Under the pieces are notes generated by a model. The model was not told where the DNA came from, ran no database searches, and was given only the letters and a program-made list of their open reading frames with translations. Position numbers and translations under genes: made by a program. This document shows positions 58,448 through 64,000 of a DNA stretch of 64,000 nt, piece by piece; the first letter of the stretch is position 1, and every line of letters begins with the position of its first letter. The stretch is from positions 4,672,001 through 4,736,000 of the forward strand of contig OZ253462.1 in assembly GCA_965261395.1 (NCBI GenBank), read 5' to 3'. This DNA comes from Candidatus Latescibacterota bacterium (lineage in GTDB: Bacteria; Latescibacterota; UBA2968; UBA8231).

Positions 58448-59230
58448 TCAGCGCCTCCATCTCCGTGATTCAATGACGCGCGTGGTCAAAAACAAGCAGA
58501 AAAAGGTAAAGCTTAGATAAAACACCACGTCCTTGGTGTCGATGACTCCGCGCTGGAAATCTTCGAGGTGATCTATAAAGGAGAGGTACTGCAGGATTTT
58601 GGCGGCCGTCGGGCCGGCAAAGCTAGCCGACCAGTCGATGAGCCAAAAAAGGAGCAACATGCCAAAGGTCAACAGCACGGCGACGATCTGGTTTTCAGTC
58701 AGCGCCGAGGCTAGGATGCCCACGGAGATAAAGGTCGCGCCGAGGAACAAGTAGCCGAGATAGCCGGAAAAAATCGGCCCCCAGTCGGGCGAACCGTACA
58801 CTTCGAGGATGACAAAGTAAATCAGTGTCAGGCTGACGATGATGCAGTAGAGCGAAAAGCAGGCCAAGAACTTGCCCAGCATCACTTCGATGGTGCGCAG
58901 CGGCGAGGTCATCAGCAATTCAATGGTGCCGGATTTCTTCTCCTCGGCAAAGAGCCGCATGGTCAGCATCGGGATGACCAAGAGCCAGATGAAGTCCATG
59001 ACCGCGAAGAATTGGGTGACGACCATCTCGTTGAGATTGAGCGCTGGCATCCCCCCCATGCCCATCTGCGCCCGCTGGCCAAACTGCAAGCACCAGAGGT
59101 TGAACTGCATCAGGATATTGCGAAACAGATAGCCCGAGAGAAACAGGAACACGCCGGCGATCACATAGGCGACCGGCGAAACAAAATAGGAGCGCATCTC
59201 CTTGGTGTACACGGCGGCAAAATTGCGCAT
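58448..59230 (-). CDS. ABC transporter permease (GldF-like)
   Basis: KE.RSYFVSP.AY, P.LTMR.FAEEK..GT.ELL.T.P, S.LTENQI.A. Confidence 0.88.
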   Translation of the reverse strand: MRNFAAVYTKEMRSYFVSPVAYVIAGVFLFLSGYLFRNILMQFNLWCLQFGQRAQMGMGGMPALNLNEMVVTQFFAVMDFIWLLVIPMLTMRLFAEEKKSGTIELLMTSPLRTIEVMLGKFLACFSLYCIIVSLTLIYFVILEVYGSPDWGPIFSGYLGYLFLGATFISVGILASALTENQIVAVLLTFGMLLLFWLIDWSASFAGPTAAKILQYLSFIDHLEDFQRGVIDTKDVVFYLSFTFFCLFLTTRVIESRRWRR

Positions 59231-59231
59231 T

Positions 59232-60164
59232 TTAAGCTGCTACCTCCTCGCTAGTCAGGCTCAGGAAAATGTCTTCGAGGGTCATGTCGAGCGGCCGCAA
59301 TTCGCGGAGGCTGAAGCCGCTTTCCACGACCTTGCGGGTCAGGTCGTCGCGCACGTCGGATCCGGGCGCGCTCGTTACCACGTACGTGCCCTCCTCGCCA
59401 CTGGTTTCCACCTCCAGCACGCCCTCTAGCTGGCCGATCATGCCCAGCACCTGCTCGCTGGGGCCGTCTATGTGGGCGCGCAGCACTTCGCCCTCCTTGA
59501 GCTGGGCCATGAGGCTTTCGGGCGTGCCCTGGCCGGCGATGCGGCCGTTGTGGATGATCGCCAATTGCCCGCAGGTCATGCTGACCTCCGGCAGGATGTG
59601 GGTGCTGAGAATGACCGTGTGGTCGCCCCCCAGCCCCTTGATGACCTCGCGGATCTCGATGATCTGCTTGGGGTCGAGGCCCACAGTCGGCTCGTCGAGG
59701 ATCAGCACCTCCGGCTCGTGGACGAGGGCCTGGGCCAAGCCGACGCGCTGCCGGTAGCCCTTGGACAGGTGGCCGATCACCGTGTGGCGGTGGTCGGCGA
59801 TGCCGGTTTTTTCCATGGTGTCGTCGATCCGGCTGTTGAGCGCCGCGCTGGGCACGCCCTTGATTTTGGCCACGAAGCGCAGATAGGCGTTTATCGTCAT
59901 ATCGTGGTAGAGCGGCGGCTGCTCGGGCAGGTAGCCAATGCGCTTGCGCACCTCCATGGACTCTTCGATGATGTCGAAACCAGCGACTTTGGCTTCGCCC
60001 TGCGAAGGCGGCAAATAACAGGTAAGCATGCGCATCGTCGTGGTCTTGCCCGCGCCATTCGGCCCGAGGAACCCGAGGATGACGCCCTTCTCAACGCTGA
60101 AGGACACATTCTCCACGGCGACTACATCTCCGTAGTGTTTGGACAGTTCGCGTACTTCAATCAC
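59232..60164 (-). CDS. ABC transporter ATP-binding protein (GldA-like)
   Basis: GPNGAGKTT, LSKGYRQRVGLAQA, LILDEPT.GLDP, STHIL.EV. Confidence 0.92.
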   Translation of the reverse strand: MIEVRELSKHYGDVVAVENVSFSVEKGVILGFLGPNGAGKTTTMRMLTCYLPPSQGEAKVAGFDIIEESMEVRKRIGYLPEQPPLYHDMTINAYLRFVAKIKGVPSAALNSRIDDTMEKTGIADHRHTVIGHLSKGYRQRVGLAQALVHEPEVLILDEPTVGLDPKQIIEIREVIKGLGGDHTVILSTHILPEVSMTCGQLAIIHNGRIAGQGTPESLMAQLKEGEVLRAHIDGPSEQVLGMIGQLEGVLEVETSGEEGTYVVTSAPGSDVRDDLTRKVVESGFSLRELRPLDMTLEDIFLSLTSEEVAA

Positions 60165-60176
60165 GGTACTTCCTCC

Positions 60177-61052
60177 TTAGTGTCGCTGCATCCGCGCGCG
60201 AAAAAAGTGAATAAGGGGTTCGACATAAGGGCGCGACAGATCAATCGCGATTTCGTCGACGCCCGCTTTGTGCAATAGAGTACTGCGGCGCTCGGCGGCG
60301 GCCTGTTGTTCGGCAGCGAAAAACGCGCGCACGCCCTCGTGGCCGCTATCGACGAGCACCTGTTGGCCGGTCTCGGCATCTTGTAGGTTGATAAAACCAA
60401 CATCGGGTAGCTCCCACTCGCGCGGGTCGCTCACCACCACGGCGATCAAGTCGTGGCGCTGGCTCAAGTGCCGCAGCGCTGGCTCGTAGCCTTGGTCGAG
60501 AAAGTCGGAGATGACAAAAATCACGCTGCGGCGGTGCAGGACGCGGCTGAGGTATTCCAAGGCCCCGGCGATGGAGGTCTTGCGCCCCTGCGGCTGAAAG
60601 TACAGCAACTCGCGCAGGACGCGTAGCACGTGCTTGCGTCCCTTTTTCGGCGGCACGAAAACTTCGACCTCGTCGGTGAAGATGAGCAGGCCCACTCGGT
60701 CGTTGTTCTCAATCGCGCTAAAGGCCAACAGCGCCGAGACCTCAACCCCAATTTCCCCCTTCATTTGCAGCTGGGAGCCAAAGGCCCCGGACGCGCTGGC
60801 ATCTACTACCAGCACGGCAGTCAGTTCGCGCTCCTCGTCGAATATTTTGATGAACGGCGTGCCCACCCGTGCCGTCACGTTCCAGTCGATGTGGCGCACG
60901 TCGTCGCCGGGCTGATATTCACGCGCCTCGGCAAACTCCATCCCCCGCCCCTTGAACGCCGAGTGGTATTCGCCGGCGAAGAGATTGTTCACCATGCTGC
61001 GGGTGTGGATCTCGATCAGGCGAACTTTGTCGAGTATTTCTTTGGGAATCAC
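60177..61052 (-). CDS. DUF58 domain protein (VWA-like, MoxR-associated)
   Basis: Start at GTG 61052; G.Y.S.FKG.G.EF.E.REYQPGDD.R.IDWNVTAR, EEREL, ISDF. Confidence 0.9.
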   Translation of the reverse strand: MIPKEILDKVRLIEIHTRSMVNNLFAGEYHSAFKGRGMEFAEAREYQPGDDVRHIDWNVTARVGTPFIKIFDEERELTAVLVVDASASGAFGSQLQMKGEIGVEVSALLAFSAIENNDRVGLLIFTDEVEVFVPPKKGRKHVLRVLRELLYFQPQGRKTSIAGALEYLSRVLHRRSVIFVISDFLDQGYEPALRHLSQRHDLIAVVVSDPREWELPDVGFINLQDAETGQQVLVDSGHEGVRAFFAAEQQAAAERRSTLLHKAGVDEIAIDLSRPYVEPLIHFFRARMQRH

Positions 61053-61071
61053 GGCTCGGCTCGCCTTGGCT

Positions 61072-62070
61072 TTAGGGAACTTCGATGTGGTCGAAGAGCT
61101 GCTGCACGATGTGGTCGCTGTCGATTTCCTCGGCCTCGGCCTCGTACGAGGTGATGATCCGATGCCTGAGCACATCGGCTCCCACGGCCTTGACATCTTC
61201 CGGGGTGACGTAGCCGCGCCGCTGGATGAAGGCGTGGGCGCGCGCCGTGCGGACGAGGAAAATAGCAGCCCGCGGCGAGGCCCCGTACTCGATCAGCGGT
61301 GCCATGTCGGCTAGCCCGTAGTCGGCCGGTCGCCGGGTGGCCTGGACGAGATCGACGACGTAATCCTTGATCTTGTCGTCGATATAGACGATCTCCACCA
61401 CCTCGCGCAGGCGGCGTATTTCGTCGATGCTGACGGTTTGCTCCACCTCGATCGGATTGTCGTTGGCCATGCGGTCCAAGATCAGCCGCTCCTCGGCGCG
61501 CGACGGGTAATCGACTTTCACTTTGAGCATGAAGCGATCGACTTGGGCCTCGGGCAGTGGGTAGGTCCCCTCTTGATCAATCGGATTCTGAGTGGCCATG
61601 ACCAAAAACGGGTCGTCGAGTGCATAGGTTTCCTCGCCGATAGTAACCTGCCGCTCCTGCATGCACTCCAAGAGCGCGCTCTGCACTTTGGCTGGTGCTC
61701 GGTTGATCTCGTCAGCCAAAATCAAATGGGCGAAGATCGGGCCTTTTTTGGGTATGAACACCCCTTGGTGCTGGTTGTAGATGGTGGTACCGGTCAGATC
61801 GGCGGGCAAAAGATCGGGGGTAAACTGGATCCGCTTGAAACGAGCGGCCACAATCCTCGCCAGCGTCGCCACCGTCAGGGTTTTGGCTAGTCCGGGCACC
61901 CCTTCGAGGAGGATGTGGCCATTGCACAACAAACCCATCAGGATCCGCTCCACCATGGCGCGTTGGCCGACGATGACCCGGTCCATCTCCTGCAAAATGC
62001 GCTCCACCACCGTGCTCTCGCGCTGCACCTGCTCGCTAATGGCGTGGATGTCTATTGTCGTTTGCGTCAT
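61072..62070 (-). CDS. moxR: MoxR family AAA+ ATPase
   Basis: GHILLEGVPGLAKT, RIQFTPDLLPAD, ADEINRAPAKVQSALLE, ATQNP, EAQ.DRF, GASPRA. Confidence 0.95.
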   Translation of the reverse strand: MTQTTIDIHAISEQVQRESTVVERILQEMDRVIVGQRAMVERILMGLLCNGHILLEGVPGLAKTLTVATLARIVAARFKRIQFTPDLLPADLTGTTIYNQHQGVFIPKKGPIFAHLILADEINRAPAKVQSALLECMQERQVTIGEETYALDDPFLVMATQNPIDQEGTYPLPEAQVDRFMLKVKVDYPSRAEERLILDRMANDNPIEVEQTVSIDEIRRLREVVEIVYIDDKIKDYVVDLVQATRRPADYGLADMAPLIEYGASPRAAIFLVRTARAHAFIQRRGYVTPEDVKAVGADVLRHRIITSYEAEAEEIDSDHIVQQLFDHIEVP

Positions 62071-62107
62071 CGGATGTACTCTCTACATGCTCTGAGCCTC
62101 AGCCAAT

Positions 62108-62136
62108 AAAAAACCGCCCTGCGGATTCGCAAGCGG
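62108..62136 (-). terminator. possible intrinsic terminator upstream of moxR
   Basis: Imperfect CCGC..TGCG/CGCA.GCGG stem preceded by an A6 run (U-tract on the minus strand). Confidence 0.5.
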
Positions 62137-62179
62137 CTGGGGCCATCTGCCTCAAACCTCTATGGCAACTTTTAATGTG

Positions 62180-62671
62180 TTAAGGAGCGGCAACTTCATC
62201 CTGAAATTGAACCCATTCCTGGGGAGTGCGTCCGACATTGGGCAACAGGTGCCGGGCGCTGACCGCGAGTTCGGAATCAGGGTAGTGATCAATTACGCGC
62301 TGATAGGCCCGTCGCGCTTGCTCTAGATCGCGGATGTACTCCTCGTATATAAAGGCGATCATAAATTGGGCTTCGTCGCCGTGCTCGCTAGCGGGATATT
62401 CGGCTAGCACGCGCTCGTAATAACCAATGGCCTCCTGCATCTTCCCTTGCTGTTGGGCCAATCCGGCGAGTTTTCTCAGCGCCTCCGGGGCTTTGGGAGA
62501 TCCGGCAAAGCGCTCGAGAAAGGCCGTAAAATGCGCGACCGCTTGGTCGGCTGTGGCGGGGTCGGCCGCAGCGGCTTCACCGGCCGCGAACAGCGCTTCA
62601 GCACTTTGCTGGCCGCAACCTCCCCACCAAAATCCGGCGACAAAAATTCCTAGTAGTATCCTCGACCACAT
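62180..62671 (-). CDS. TPR lipoprotein (BamD/CpoB-like)
   Basis: GGC lipobox; repeated F/YP.S...A TPR motifs. Confidence 0.75.
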   Translation of the reverse strand: MWSRILLGIFVAGFWWGGCGQQSAEALFAAGEAAAADPATADQAVAHFTAFLERFAGSPKAPEALRKLAGLAQQQGKMQEAIGYYERVLAEYPASEHGDEAQFMIAFIYEEYIRDLEQARRAYQRVIDHYPDSELAVSARHLLPNVGRTPQEWVQFQDEVAAP

Positions 62672-62710
62672 CTATATTTAATTTAACCGCGCATCGCGTG
62701 GGAAAGTTCC

Positions 62711-63007
62711 TCAATCGGCTTTGGCGGTATCCTTTTTGCCGCTGTCCTTTTTGCCGCTGTCCTTTTTGTCGCCCGCCTTGCCGCTGTCTTTGTCGGCCTT
62801 AGCCGCCTTCTGATATCCGTCGCTGCGATAGTCAGTTATGTAAAAACCCGACCCCTTGAAGAGCAGACCACCGCCCGTGCCGATGAGCCGCTTGACCGGG
62901 CCTTTACATTCTACTTCCGGACAGGTCTGGCGCGGCTCGGCCGTGATGCTCTGAAACTCTTCAAATCGGTGGCCGCACTGCTGGCATTCGTATTCGTATG
63001 TGGGCAT
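62711..63007 (-). CDS. FmdB-family zinc-ribbon regulatory protein
   Basis: [26 protein letters not shown], low-complexity Lys/Asp tail. Confidence 0.92.
   Translation of the reverse strand: MPTYEYECQQCGHRFEEFQSITAEPRQTCPEVECKGPVKRLIGTGGGLLFKGSGFYITDYRSDGYQKAAKADKDSGKAGDKKDSGKKDSGKKDTAKAD
62730..62768. repeat. 15-bp tandem repeat encoding KKDSG
   Basis: TCCTTTTTGCCGCTG repeated about 2.6 times. Confidence 0.8.
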
Positions 63008-63046
63008 GGCGTTGGCTCTCGTTATAATTAAAAATACAAGCCTGTT

Positions 63047-63075
63047 AATATAAATTCGGTTAGATAGAGGCGCAA
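63047..63075 (-). promoter_or_regulatory. putative sigma70 promoter (TTGCGC-17-TATATT)
   Basis: Reverse complement of 63047-63075, in an A/T-rich intergenic region. Confidence 0.55.
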
Positions 63076-63096
63076 TACTTGGCGACGCGCTGAGGG

Positions 63097-64000
63097 CTAC
63101 TCGGCGACGCCCATTTTCGGGAGATCGCCCGTGCTGAGGGAGCGCACCTTGTCGCGCTCGATTTTGAGCAAGGTCAGCGCGCTATTGGAGCGCACATCCG
63201 GCGACAAGGAGATGACGCCCGAGGCTCCTTGGTAGAAACGGACCGTGGTCAACCACTCGACCAGCGCAGTCGGATCGCGGTGTCCTTGCTCCCATCCGTC
63301 GATGAGCAAGCGGGCACCGTCATAGCCAGCCGCCGCGTAGAGCGGGTCGCGGCGGAATTGTTTGCGAAAGGCGCTGACAAACGACCGCGAAGCCGCGGAC
63401 TCGGCTTGCCGCGCGGAAACAAAAATGACTCCGTCGAAATTCTTGCGCTCGCCCGGGCCCATTTGCTGAATGGCTTCGGGATCCCACCAAAAATCGTTGC
63501 CGAGGACTTGGGTCTGCAAGCGGTGAAAATGCACCTGCGGCGCAATCGTCTTGGCATCCGCAAAGCTCTCGACCACTACCACCACCCCGTCGATGGTGTC
63601 GATAAACATATCCGCTTCTAGCTTTTCCTCGACTACTTCAAGCGTATCTGGGGGGGGCGGCCTCAGCGCAAAACCGGCCTCGCGGATCTCCTCGAAGACG
63701 CGGCGAAAATCCCTCGTCTCGTTGGGGACATACCAATCGCTGTGCGCGATCTGGCCGCCGTTGCGCTCGGCAATGTGGGTAAACTCGCGCGCGAAATCCC
63801 AGCCGTAGTCGCTGAGGGGAGAGATAATCGCTAAGTGCTCCAAACCAAGGACGAGGGTCGCGTACTCGCCCAAGAGACGCGCCTGCGTTTTCGGGACCGT
63901 GTTCAACTGGAAGACGCTGTGGCCGAGCGAATCCAAGCCGCTCTGTTGGGCCAGCGGCACCAGCAGGGGAACGCCGGCGCGCGCGGCGACCGTGGCCGCC
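63097..64000 (-). CDS. periplasmic binding protein type 1 / LpoA-like protein (5' partial)
   Basis: Frame stays open to the window edge (..[10 protein letters not shown]..); D.YG......F, F..AF...F.R.P...AA.GYD, Y.GASG.I. Confidence 0.75.
   Translation of the reverse strand, partial: AATVAARAGVPLLVPLAQQSGLDSLGHSVFQLNTVPKTQARLLGEYATLVLGLEHLAIISPLSDYGWDFAREFTHIAERNGGQIAHSDWYVPNETRDFRRVFEEIREAGFALRPPPPDTLEVVEEKLEADMFIDTIDGVVVVVESFADAKTIAPQVHFHRLQTQVLGNDFWWDPEAIQQMGPGERKNFDGVIFVSARQAESAASRSFVSAFRKQFRRDPLYAAAGYDGARLLIDGWEQGHRDPTALVEWLTTVRFYQGASGVISLSPDVRSNSALTLLKIERDKVRSLSTGDLPKMGVAE

Overview
GC-rich bacterial chromosomal window with about 53 CDS. I saw no rRNA, tRNA, CRISPR array, integrase or transposase gene. 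The yicC-coaBC-UDG-dnaB order, the Bat operon and the peptidase-PD40-Omp85 gene suggest a diderm FCB-group organism such as Latescibacterota or Gemmatimonadota (inference only). The backbone is housekeeping: thrB, obgE, dnaB, family-4 UDG, coaBC, cmk, yicC, dapF, cysQ, polX, udk, an RND pump and a 12-gene moxR/Bat operon. Three accessory inserts interrupt it. (i) A 6.3 kb cargo block (PhyH, DMT, DEAD helicase, MITE, sugar ABC) is bounded by an imperfect 33-bp direct repeat and separates a nucleoside-phosphorylase-like gene from a spore-photoproduct-lyase-like radical SAM plus SDR pair. (ii) A type II R-M cassette (XRE-HTH fused REase plus m4C MTase) is bounded by a 13-bp duplication of the polX/udk junction. 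(iii) A four-gene A/T-richer operon holds two different ABC-ATPase + TOPRIM-like pairs (DUF3226-like and DUF4276-like); it is the best candidate for an uncharacterised anti-phage system. Other oddities are a Tpt1/KptA-like ART domain fused to HEAT repeats, a PolX lacking two catalytic aspartates, an archaeal-type cytidylate kinase where gmk-rpoZ usually sit, an orphan CoxII-like lipoprotein with a broken CuA site, a GldAFG-like ABC module with a tandem-duplicated GldG inside the Bat operon, and a 100-bp MITE carrying a dRS3-like hairpin. All family assignments come from motif recognition by eye, not database searches.
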